From assembly GCF_001194135.2 (NCBI RefSeq), contig NC_068981.1:149332849-149378874 (forward strand): a stretch of DNA of 46,026 bases, read 5' to 3'. Origin of the DNA: Octopus bimaculoides (Eukaryota). Shown piece by piece: positions 1 through 10,651 of the stretch. The notes beneath the pieces are model-generated. The model was given only the letters and a program-made list of their open reading frames with translations. It was not told the DNA's origin and did no database searches. Each line of letters opens with the position of its first letter. Within the stretch, counting starts at the first letter, position 1. Made by a program: the position numbers and the translations under genes.

Positions 1-55
<55 letters not shown>

Positions 56-184
56 GTATATATATAAGTATGTATATACATACATGCATACATACATGCA
101 TACATACGTAGACACATACATACAGACATACGTACACACACACATACATACATACATACATACATACTAACATACATACATACA

Positions 185-215
<31 letters not shown>
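1..215. repeat. Compound (TA)n/(TACA)n microsatellite
   Basis: Directly visible TA repeats grading into TACA repeats. Confidence 0.95.
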
Positions 216-216
<1 letters not shown>

Positions 217-286
217 GATATGCTTCGTTTTTGTTTCTAGTTTGCAGGATTCATTATGTGAATTCGTGCGTTGAAACAAATTCTTT

Positions 287-537
287 TGTCTCTGAGGAGA
301 CTCATATTGCCTTGATATAACACTCTCATAGGTTCAATTTCCACTCATCTATTTATTTATTTATCTATTCATTTCTTTATTCCACAAAGCTTTTTCTTCG
401 CTGCATTTGCGACCGTATCAATAGATTACGGTCTCAATACAGCGACGAATAAATAAATAAATAAATAAATAAAATGAGAGTGGAAATTGAACTGGCGAGT
501 GTGCTATATTAAGGCAGTATTACTCTCCCCAGACACA
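287..537. mobile_element. ~250-bp fold-back (MITE-like) element made almost entirely of inverted repeats
   Basis: 287-365 is the approximate reverse complement of 450-537 (exact core GTTCAATTTCCACTC / GAGTGGAAATTGAAC). Inner stems TCGCTG 398-403 / CAGCGA 440-445 and GACCGTA 411-417 / TACGGTC 427-433. A diverged copy of one arm lies at 12040-12125. Confidence 0.6.
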
Positions 538-544
538 ACAATAT

Positions 545-589
545 ATATATGTATGTGTGTGCCTACGTATGTGTGTGTGCGTATGTGTG

Positions 590-621
<32 letters not shown>

Positions 622-639
622 TTTATGTATGTATGGATG

Positions 640-670
<31 letters not shown>

Positions 671-690
671 TAATATATATTTATTTACAT
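545..690. repeat. (TATG)n/(TATC)n compound microsatellite
   Basis: Directly visible. Confidence 0.9.
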
Positions 691-699
691 GTATAACCT

Positions 700-1000
700 G
701 GCGCTCCCTCGGTTACGACGACAAGGGTTCCAGTTGATCCGATCTGCAGAACAGCCTATCCGTGAAATTAATGTGCAAGTGGCTGAGCACTCTACAAACA
801 CGCGTACCCTTAATGTAGTTCTCAGGGATATTCAGCATGACATAGAATGTGACAAGACTGGCCCTTGAATTATCGGTTTTATTTATTTTTGCCAGCTGAG
901 TGGACTGGGGCAACGTGCAATAAAGTGTCTTGCTCAAGGACACAACGCGCCGCCGGGAATCGTACTCATGTCCATATGATCGTGAACCGAATACAAACAA
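700..1000 (-). mobile_element. tRNA-derived SINE, sister of family A (different CORE-like 5' body, same 3' tail)
   Basis: 700-860 aligns by eye with the 3' tail of the family A copies at 7617, 12773 and 23355. On the minus strand the 5' part has a degenerate B box (GAGTACGATTCCC) followed by GTGTCCTTGAGCAAGACACTT, a CORE-SINE-like motif. Confidence 0.75.
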
Positions 1001-1062
1001 CGGTTTTAGTTGGTGTGTGTCTGGTGTGTCTTCTTCTGTACCATTTTTTCCGGACACATACA

Positions 1063-1064
<2 letters not shown>

Positions 1065-1095
<31 letters not shown>

Positions 1096-1360
1096 GCACA
1101 CATGCATGCATGCATACACACATACATACATACATACATACGTATATACATATATGCATGCATACATACGTATACGTATGTATGCATACGTATACGTACA
1201 TACATACGTATATGTACATACGTATACGTACATACGTATACGTACATACGCATACATACGTATACGTATGTATATACATACGCATATACATACATGCATA
1301 CATACATGCATACATACATACATACATACATACATAAATACATACATAAATACATACATA
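1065..1360. repeat. Complex TACA/TACG/TATG/TGCA alternating purine-pyrimidine microsatellite
   Basis: Directly visible; contains many short palindromes (TACGTA, ATGCAT). Confidence 0.9.
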
Positions 1361-1364
1361 AGGG

Positions 1365-1450
1365 CATGTCGAGTCTCTGCTCACGAGCCAATTCAGTAAG
1401 ACTGATTTAGTCACCAGATGCGATTAAACGAATTCAGAATCCAGAATAAC
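1365..1450 (+). repeat. Unclassified dispersed repeat (family F), copy 1
   Basis: CATGTCGAGTCTCTGC.CACGAGC...GATTTA.T.AC.AGA...GAATCCA is shared with 2333-2425. Confidence 0.6.
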
Positions 1451-1786
1451 AAAAAATTAAAAAAACAAAACAAAAAAAACAACAACAAACAAATAAACAA
1501 AAGAAGTCATTATAGATGAAGTTCACTGTATTGAGAACGGTGGGTCAAAGGAATATTGGTAGAACTTAAAAATTAAAACGGCCACCGATTTAAAACAGAT
1601 ATTTTTTAAGTGGGACCACAAAGAAAACATATGTTCCGTCCTGGAAAATTAGCTGTTCTCTGAAAATGAATGTGTTTAGGAGAATACAAAAGAAAGAGGG
1701 CATCCCTAGACCATTGGCAAGGAGTTTGCAGAACCAGTAGCAAAGATAAAGTTTCATTGTCATACCTATTATTATTAGAGTCTGGA

Positions 1787-2017
1787 GCAAATTATGGCGT
1801 AGTGGTTAAGAGCGTGGGCTACTAACCCCAAAATTCCGAGTTCGATTCCAGGCAGTGACCTGAATAATAATAATAGCATCCAAAAATACCTTAGGAATGA
1901 GAAACCAAGTTCGAAATTTCCCCAAGACACCTGATGAATGCTGGAGGGTTTATCAGCCGAAACGTCGTGTTAACAACAAACATGATGAGGACAAATGTAA
2001 ATAATCTAAATAATGTA
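1787..2017 (+). mobile_element. tRNA-headed SINE-like element carrying a hammerhead motif in its 3' half
   Basis: A box TGGCGTAGTGG 1795-1805, anticodon-loop-like CTACTAA, B box GAGTTCGATTCC 1838-1849, then ~75 nt of AT-rich body, a hammerhead core at 1926-1971 and a short AAATAAT(G/C)TA-repeat tail. Confidence 0.75.
1926..1971 (+). ncRNA. Minimal type I hammerhead ribozyme motif (palindromic helix III, PLE-type)
   Basis: Stem I GACAC/GTGTT; CUGAUGA 1931-1937; stem II GCTG 1940-43 / CAGC 1954-57; GAA 1959-61; palindrome ACGU 1962-65; GUC cleavage triplet with predicted cut after 1966. Deviations: extra A1938 and a T/C mismatch at the 10.1-11.1 position. Confidence 0.7.
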
Positions 2018-2332
2018 TGGTTGAACTTGGTTTCGCAGTGAGAGCACGCAAATCTTTAATTCATACACTACAAATGTTCACGATATTTGGAAGTCTAAAA
2101 GTCTGCAGAACCTTAAGATTTAAAGGATGAATAACAGAACTAGACGTTTTCCTTCACAACTTTTGCTACAAAGCCAGTGACTGGTTAAAATTTATTCAAA
2201 ATTAAAAAGAGAAAGAGAACATACGTGAAAATATTTGATGTTACTAATTATCAACTTTAAAAGGGAAATGAAGGTAGAGTAGAGTCCCCGGAATTTTGTT
2301 GCGGGACAAATAGTGTCAAATATTTTCTAGAA

Positions 2333-2425
2333 CATGTCGAGTCTCTCTGCACACGAGCTAATAAAGCAAACCAGATTTAATTACTAGACGTAATTAATAG
2401 AGACACCGAATCCACAAATTAACCG
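2333..2425 (+). repeat. Unclassified dispersed repeat (family F), copy 2
   Basis: Diverged direct copy of 1365-1450. Confidence 0.6.
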
Positions 2426-3189
2426 CCTCCACTTTCATAGGAAATGGTAAAAGACTTTGGGTATCATTGTTCTAGATATTCTCTCTATAAAAACTAATGA
2501 TTGTTTCTGTTTGTTAATGGTTTATCAAGGCCTGAAACACAACAAACTAGAATTACACCACCACCACCACCAACAACAAACGTGCTGGTAAACATAGTAA
2601 CAACTTCCCGGTAAACTTTCTTCTGACATCAAAATATTAATAACATCATGGTTTTCTTCTAGCAATTCTAGAAACTATAACCTTATAGCGCCTTCATACA
2701 TAAAACATTGTTTAATAACGAATATATGTTTTCTCTCTTAATATAATTAGTTCAGCAGAATTCAATTTGAATGGTGAGTCATGGAAAAACATCGTCATGT
2801 TTATTTTTTTCGTTGAAATATTGGCAGTGTCGATGACTACAGCGTTTACCTATTTGAAATAGTGAAGTAATATATATACACACACACATATATATATAGT
2901 ATAAATATTAATACACACACATATATCCATGTGCGTATGTATGTATATATGTACATACGTGCATATGCATATCTATGTATATAATATACATACATGCATA
3001 TATATGCATATACATGTATGTATATGTATGTGTTATGTCTCAAGCTACTGCTATCTAGCACCTACAGATGATCTCTACTCAACCGCTACACGACGGCTAT
3101 TCAACTCCTCTACCACGGCTAGATTACCTCTATTTATATGTCTTGGGCGATCCTACTTCTTCGCTTGGGGGAGTCGACACAACAGTATT

Positions 3190-3235
<46 letters not shown>

Positions 3236-3487
3236 TACATACATATACACATGCATATATGTATGTATGTATATAATTATTTATACAATATAGTAGTTAT
3301 AGATCCATTTCAGTTAGTTTTTCTAGTCGATTTAAAACACGAAAGTTAGGGCAAAAACAATCACATATGGCGATTTACGTGTATGTGTAAGTGTGTGCTT
3401 ATATGTAATAAATTCTGTGTGACAAACATTATGCTGAAGATTTAGATTTTAGTAATGAGTATTACTGATGGTAAAAGTTCTTATGTC

Positions 3488-3980
3488 ATACTCGTGATAG
3501 CATCCGTCTGTATCCAAGTACATATTTCTGTTCATGAGGGCAGGGACGGAAAATTTCGCGCCCAAAGTTTAGGTAGGTAACCGGGTGAAGAGAATTCATT
3601 CGTATAACTCTTTTATCCGCTAAGCAGAGACAGACCTCCAGTGGCAAAGAGGCACGGCCCTACTCTTCCTACTAGCCCTTCTCATGAGTGCTGAGATTGT
3701 TCCCCACCCTACCCTGCCACTAAACTCTCGTGTCGGAAACAGAATGGATAAATCGGTTGAAATGAATCTATAACAGTGTATCATATAAGTATCACTATCA
3801 GTATTCTATATTCGCAATAGCACCCGCCTGTATCCAAGTACATATTTCTGTTCATAAAGGCAGGGACGGAAAGTTTCGCGTTTACAGTTTAGGTAGATAA
3901 TCGGGTGAAGAGAGTATAATAAGAAATTACATACTCGACAAGGGAACAAGAAGTTTTTCATTTATATAATCTCTTATACC
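3488..3980 (+). repeat. Direct repeat pair with 320-bp period, unclassified
   Basis: 3497-3593 matches 3817-3913 closely (ATAGCA.CCG.CTGTATCCAAGTACATATTTCTGTTCAT...GGCAGGGACGGAAA.TTTCGCG...AGTTTAGGTAG.TAA.CGGGTGAAGAGA). Similarity resumes after a ~45-bp insertion in copy 2. Confidence 0.85.
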
Positions 3981-4648
3981 CCCCCCCCCCAAAAAAAAAA
4001 AAACATACACACACAGACACATATATGCAAGTGTGTATATACATATGAATGTGTGCATGTGTTTCATTCACTACACGATTATATTCCAATTTTGTCTTTT
4101 TTTTCTATATTTTTCATGTTTTTATTAGTTTTTTTTTTTTTACATCAATTTGGACCAGTAGAATTCCTAAGTCCATATCCCACGTTCCTAAACTTTCACT
4201 GTCTCATTGTAAAGTTCTGCAAACGTCAGAAATGGATTAAGAAACACTACTGTACAAAATCACCCCTAAAATGCTAATGAGAAAATATGAAAAATATAAA
4301 ATAAAAACAATAAAACTTGAACATAGTCGTACATTTAACGAAACATGTATAAAAGTAAAGTTCTTTACCCATATATAATAGAGACAGCTGATGAAGGGAT
4401 ATTCCAAGTGGCTTTCCGTTTTCCTATGCGTTCGTTCCGTTGTCTGTAGTTTATTGTTCTAACGTCCTGTACCCTGATATGCATGTATATACACATGTAG
4501 ATGTAAGTATGTACATATATGTGTGTATACATGTATATATATTCTTTGTATTATTACATTATTGAACGCACACGTCCTATTTTGCAAGTAAGTCTACTAT
4601 TATTCTGACGTGACTATCTTTCTATCTATCTATCTATCTATCTATCTG

Positions 4649-4679
<31 letters not shown>

Positions 4680-7157
4680 ATCTATTTATCTATCTGTCTT
4701 CCTCTATCTTNNNNNNNNNNNNNNNNNNNNNNNNNNNNNNNNNNNNNNNNNNNNNNNNNNNNNNNNNNNNNNNNNNNNNNNNNNNNNNNNNNNNNNNNNN
4801 NNNNNNNNNNNNNNNNNNNNNNNNNNNNNNNNNNNNNNNNNNNNNNNNNNNNNNNNNNNNNNNNNNNNNNNNNNNNNNNNNNNNNNNNNNNNNNNNNNNN
4901 NNNNNNNNNNNNNNNNNNNNNNNNNNNNNNNNNNNNNNNNNNNNNNNNNNNNNNNNNNNNNNNNNNNNNNNNNNNNNNNNNNNNNNNNNNNNNNNNNNNN
5001 NNNNNNNNNNNNNNNNNNNNNNNNNNNNNNNNNNNNNNNNNNNNNNNNNNNNNNNNNNNNNNNNNNNNNNNNNNNNNNNNNNNNNNNNNNNNNNNNNNNN
5101 NNNNNNNNNNNNNNNNNNNNNNNNNNNNNNNNNNNNNNNNNNNNNNNNNNNNNNNNNNNNNNNNNNNNNNNNNNNNNNNNNNNNNNNNNNNNNNNNNNNN
5201 NNNNNNNNNNNNNNNNNNNNNNNNNNNNNNNNNNNNNNNNNNNNNNNNNNNNNNNNNNNNNNNNNNNNNNNNNNNNNNNNNNNNNNNNNNNNNNNNNNNN
5301 NNNNNNNNNNNNNNNNNNNNNNNNNNNNNNNNNNNNNNNNNNNNNNNNNNNNNNNNNNNNNNNNNNNNNNNNNNNNNNNNNNNNNNNNNNNNNNNNNNNN
5401 NNNNNNNNNNNNNNNNNNNNNNNNNNNNNNNNNNNNNNNNNNNNNNNNNNNNNNNNNNNNNNNNNNNNNNNNNNNNNNNNNNNNNNNNNNNNNTATATAT
5501 ATATATGCATACATATATATGGAAAATAGCTTTTCTTTATATATATATATATATATATTTAAAATATAGACATATGCATATCTAAGTGTATATATTTGCA
5601 TATATACGTATGTATACGTGCGTGTTTGTGTGTCTGCGTCTGTGTGTGTATGTGTATGTGCGTATGTGTGCACATACAATTTTATTTCAAGCGTGTGTAT
5701 ATGTATATTCGCATATGTTTACATACAGAAAACCTTCATTTGGAGCTTATATCTGATCGCTTAACCTTCAGTAAAAAGTGAACAAAGTGTCGATTTTCTT
5801 TCAAGCAATAACTTTTTTCAATAAATGGAAGAATGCATTAAATACATGTAATCCTAGATGCACCAAGAAAAATGGGATTATCATTGTTGAAGAGCTCTTA
5901 ATCTTAGATTTACTGATCAGAGTTGAGCTGTGAATAGACGAAAAACATACACGGGTACACATACATACATACACACGTACACACAAATACATACACACAA
6001 ACATACATACATAAAAACATGCATACTCACAAAAAGCAATGGATGAGAATATATACATATAGTAATGCATGAGAATACACACATAAAGCAATAAATGAGA
6101 ATACATGCATCAACCAAAACACAAATCTGCACACATACATACATACATAATACATACATACATACATACATACATACATACATACATACATACATACAAA
6201 AATACCCTGTTGTTGATGTTGAAATTTAAATGAAGGAACCTTGAATCTAGGTTAGAAATCGCACTATAGTGGCAAGAAATCTTGAAATGAAACTTAATAA
6301 TGCCATGCATACTGATGCTTGTAAAGCTGTACACAGACACATTTATACAGAAATTCAGGGTTTTATCACAAACTATTGAAGACTAATGCTAATAGTGAAC
6401 TCATTTCTGTGCTGAAAATACGCTGGAAATTCATTTTCATTTAACTTTTATACTATCAACATAGTTAAAATGATTACCAGAGTGTTCAAAGGTAACGAGA
6501 AAAGTTATAAGTGGTCAGTTGACCAGCAAGAAATAAAATAAATTGTCTTCAAGTCACACTTGACCGTCTTAAGTCTAAGTCAAGAGTAGTGGAATGGATG
6601 GATAGATCCCGTTGGAATACCTTTGATCAAATATCTATTTGATAGGGAACGATCTGAGGCTAAAGATAAAAGAACGATCTCTTACTGAACTTCTTTCTTT
6701 TAATCGTTTAGAAGTCGCATATAAAACGTAGAATGAAACTTCTAAACTTTTAAACAATCTCAAGACATTTTACAATTACTGTGATATTATGTATCCGAAG
6801 GTTAAGAACTCAGTTTTAATTTCTATTTCAATTCATTTTACTTCATTTACACTTCTAAAATTGTGGAGAAATGCGTAAATGTCAAGTAGTTTTTTTCAGT
6901 TCTATAAGTTGGCGTCCATATGCTGAGTATGAAATCGATTTTTTGCTGATTATTGTTCTGAAGGCAATTTTTTGCGGTAAGTAAATTGAATAATCTACCG
7001 TGTCTGGTGTTGTTGTTGCTGCTGCTGCTGTTGTTGTTGTTGTTGTTGTTGTTGTTGNNNNNNNNNNNNNNNNNNNNNNNNNNNNNNNNNNNNNNNNNNN
7101 NNNNNNNNNNNNNNNNNNNNNNNNNNNNNNNNNNNNNNNNNNNNNNNNNNNNNNNNN

Positions 7158-7340
7158 CAACATCGCTTTGACAACTGATGTTGGTGTGTTTACGTCCTCA
7201 TAACTTAGCGGTTGGGCAAAATTGACTGATAGGATAAGTACCAGGCTTACAAAGAATAAGTCCTGGGGTCGATTTGCTCGACTAAAGGCAGTGCTCCAGC
7301 ATGGCCACAGTCAAATGACTGAAAAAAATAAAAGAGTAAA
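7158..7340 (+). mobile_element. SINE family B, 3' half
   Basis: Matches the 3' half of the full-length copy at 19846-20254 (…GGATAAGTACCAGGCTTACAAAGAATAAGTCCTGGGGTCGATTTGCTCGACTAAAGGC…CCAGCATGGCC.CAGTCAAATGACTGAA). 5' side lost in a gap. Confidence 0.85.
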
Positions 7341-7344
7341 AAAA

Positions 7345-7567
7345 CATGTGTGTATGTACGTGTGTGTTTGTTTGTCCACCAACACCGCTTGAAAACCGGT
7401 GTTGGTGTGTTTACCTGCCCGTAACATAACGGTTCGGCTTGAGTGACCGATAGAATAAGTACTAGGCCTCAAGAAAAAAAAAAAGAAAGAAAGAAAAGCA
7501 CGAGAGTTGATTTGTTCAACTTAAAAACCCTTCAAGGTGTTCAAGGTATTCCAGCATGGCCGCTGTT
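7345..7567 (+). mobile_element. SINE family B variant, 3' half
   Basis: Diverged second copy directly downstream (GTTGGTGTGTTTAC…GATAGAATAAGTACTAGGC…CCAGCATGGCCGC). Confidence 0.7.
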
Positions 7568-7616
7568 ACCCTAAAAGAGACGAGTTGAGCGTCTGCGAGC
7601 GTGTGTGTGTTTGTGT

Positions 7617-7994
7617 TTGTTGTTGGCACTCCGTCGCTTACGACGTCGAGGGTTCCAGTTGATCCGATCAACGGAACAGCCTGCTCGTGAAATTTACGTG
7701 CAAGTGGCTGAGCACTCCACAGACACGTGTACACTTAACGTAGTTCTCGGGGATATTCAGCGTGACAAAGGCTGGCCCTTTGAAATACAGGTACAACAGA
7801 AACAGGAAGAAAGAGTGAGAGAAAGTTGTGGTGAAAGAGTACAGCAGGGTTCGCCACCATCCCCTGCCAGAGCTTCGTAGAGCTTTTAGGTGTTTTCGCT
7901 CAATAAACACTCACAACGCCCGGTCTGGGAATCGAAACCGCGATCCTATGACTGCGAGTTCGCTGCCCTAACCACTGGGCCATTGCGCTTCCAC
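7617..7994 (-). mobile_element. SINE family A, near full length
   Basis: Reverse complement of 12773-13155 with high similarity. tRNA-like head ends at 7994, abutting a gap; (CAA)n tail at 7617. Confidence 0.92.
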
Positions 7995-8820
7995 NNNNNN
8001 NNNNNNNNNNNNNNNNNNNNNNNNNNNNNNNNNNNNNNNNNNNNNNNNNNNNNNNNNNNNNNNNNNNNNNNNNNNNNNNNNNNNNNNNNNNNNNNNNNNN
8101 NNNNNNNNNNNNNNNNNNNNNNNNNNNNNNNNNNNNNNNNNNNNNNNNNNNNNNNNNNNNNNNNNNNNNNNNNNNNNNNNNNNNNNNNNNNNNNNNNNNN
8201 NNNNNNNNNNNNNNNNNNNNNNNNNNNNNNNNNNNNNNNNNNNNNNNNNNNNNNNNNNNNNNNNNNNNTGTGTGTGTGTGTGTATACACTGAACATATTT
8301 CAAATGATATAAGTTGCTTTATATGTAGAGTCTTTCCTGTTTCTAACACTCTCTATACGTATGTGCGAATGTGTGTGTGTGTGTGTGTGTGTGTTGCATG
8401 TGTCTGTCTGTATGTATGTATGCATGAATGTATGTATGTATATGTGTGTGTGTGTGTGTGATGCGTAACAGTTGTGTGGTGTATTGATGTTTATGCATAT
8501 ACAATGAGGAAAATGTGACGTGAATATTAAATAAATAATATTTCTAAACTACATTGTAGGACTTACAATCTTCCATTTCTCAGTGTCACAAATTTCACTT
8601 CAATAAATGATATTTGCTCAGTAAATTTGACTAGTCTTCCGCCGCAGGCCACTGTTCCTTAGGAACTGAGAAAAAATTAGCTAAAGATTATTTACTTATA
8701 AACAATACATGCAATTAGAATCACATTTACTGCTGGTAACTTGATTGTTAATGAAGCAGAATGAATGAAAGTCGAAGGAAATGATAGAAAGAACCAGTAT
8801 CTTTATGTTTCTTCAATTTT

Positions 8821-9034
8821 TTACTTTTTCAGCCATTAGACTGCAGCCATGCTGGGGCACTGCCTTAAAGAGGTTTTGTTGAACGAATTGATCCCAGTAC
8901 TTGTCTTTTTAAATCTAGTACTTATTCTATCAGGTCCCTTTTGCGGAAATGCTAAGTTACGCGAACGTAATCAAACCGACGCCGTTTGTAAAGCGGTAGT
9001 GGAGGACAAACACAGACACAAAGATACACATACA

Positions 9035-9091
<57 letters not shown>

Positions 9092-9236
9092 CGCACATAC
9101 ATATATATATATAAACGATGTGCTTCTTTCAGTTTCTGTTTACCAAATCCAATCACAAGGCTTTTTTCGCAGTGAGACTAAACCTGGAGCCATGTGGCTG
9201 GGAAATAAATATCTTACCACACATCCACGCCTGCGC
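8821..9236 (-). mobile_element. SINE family B, diverged, internal deletion, central (CA)n/(TA)n
   Basis: Colinear with 19846-20254 but lacks part of the 5' body. Confidence 0.8.
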
Positions 9237-9385
9237 ATGAAAAGTTAGCCTCGATGGAAATTGAACTCGGAATGTAAAGATCAGCAACGATTAACGCAAG
9301 AAGGTTGGTATAATCGAGATGAAATCCATGAAAGTGAACGCCTCAATTTAGCTGTTATATATATATATATAAAGTCTGTCATACC

Positions 9386-9425
9386 GGCCATGACGAAGGG
9401 AAATAGCCCTGAAACTCGAGTCGCC
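9386..9425 (+). ncRNA. Minimal hammerhead ribozyme motif (palindromic helix III), one core insertion
   Basis: Stem I GGC/GCC; core C(A)UGACGA 9389-9396; perfect stem II AGGG/CCCT; GAA 9411-13; perfect palindrome ACTCGAGT 9414-21; GUC triplet with predicted cut after 9422. Confidence 0.6.
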
Positions 9426-10617
9426 TTTATATATATATATTTATATTTATATATTTATATATTTGATCCTTTATATTGAACACTCAATATTTCATCTACA
9501 TTCAATACTTTCTTTCATGGTGCCATCCATTTTTATTTTATTTTATTTTATATTGTACATTGTATATCATATTATATATTGTATATTCTATATTCTATAC
9601 CCCACATTAGTTCTGCAGGAATATAAATAAAACATAAAAAACAGACAGTGTTGGAACNNNNNNNNNNNNNNNNNNNNNNNNNNNNNNNNNNNNNNNNNNN
9701 NNNNNNNNNNNNNNNNNNNNNNNNNNNNNNNNNNNNNNNNNNNNNNNNNNNNNNNNNNNNNNNNNNNNNNNNNNNNNNNNNNNNNNNNNNNNNNNNNNNN
9801 NNNNNNNNNNNNNNNNNNNNNNNNNNNNNNNNNNNNNNNNNNNNNNNNNNNNNNNNNNNNNNNNNNNNNNNNNNNNNNNNNNNNNNNNNNNNNNNNNNNN
9901 NNNNNNNNNNNNNNNNNNNNNNNNNNNNNNNNNNNNNNNNNNNNNNNNNNNNNNNNNNNNNNNNNNNNNNNNNNNNNNNNNNNNNNNNNNNNNNNNNNNN
10001 NNNNNNNNNNNNNNNNNNNNNNNNNNNNNNNNNNNNNNNNNNNNNNNNNNNNNNNNNNNNNNNNNNNNNNNNNNNNNNNNNNNNNNNNNNNNNNNNNNNN
10101 NNNNNNNNNNNNNNNNNNNNNNNNNNNNNNNNNNNNNNNNNNNNNNNNNNNNNNNNNNNNNNNNNNNNNNNNNNNNNNNNNNNNNNNNNNNNNNNNNNNN
10201 NNNNNNNNNNNNNNNNNNNNNNNNNNNNNNNNNNNNNNNNNNNNNNNNNNNNNNNNNNNNNNNNNNNNNNNNNNNNNNNNNNNNNNNNNNNNNNNNNNNN
10301 NNNNNNNNNNNNNNNNNNNNNNNNNNNNNNNNNNNNNNNNNNNNNNNNNNNNNNNNNNNNNNNNNNNNNNNNNNNNNNNNNNNNNNNNNNNNNNNNNNNN
10401 NNNNNNNNNNNNNNNNNNNNNNNNNNNNNNNNNNNNNNNNNNNNNNNNNNNNNNNNNNNNNNNNNNNNNNNNNNNNNNNNNNNNNNNNNNNNNNNNNNNN
10501 NNNNNNNNNNNNNNNNNNNNNNNNNNNNNNNNNNNNNNNNNNNNNNNNNNNNNNNNNNNNNNNNNNNNNNNNNNNNNNNNNNNNNNNNNNNNNNNNNNNN
10601 NNNNNNNNNNNNNNNNN

Positions 10618-10649
<32 letters not shown>

Positions 10650-10651
<2 letters not shown>

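Noticed and set aside
1787-1860. Possible tRNA gene (anticodon-like ACT); also the tRNA-like heads at 12775 and 23746
   Set aside because: Acceptor and T stems do not pair properly and the sequences continue into SINE bodies, so these are SINE heads rather than tRNA genes.
4338-4394. GAA-ACATGT-A palindrome (4340) and CTGATGA (4388), resembling hammerhead halves
   Set aside because: The halves are in the wrong order for a type I motif and I could not form stem I or II; at most a decayed or permuted PLE end.
5790-6500. Possible hAT-like transposase trace on the minus strand (…LG…GLHVFNAF)
   Set aside because: A single short motif needing a frameshift; not enough to support a call.
6900-6976. 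77-nt AG…GTAAGT-bounded segment with one open frame (SISWRPYAEYEIDFLLIIVLKAIFC)
   Set aside because: Short polypyrimidine tract, unrecognised peptide, and such pairs are expected by chance in AT-rich DNA; needs RNA-seq.
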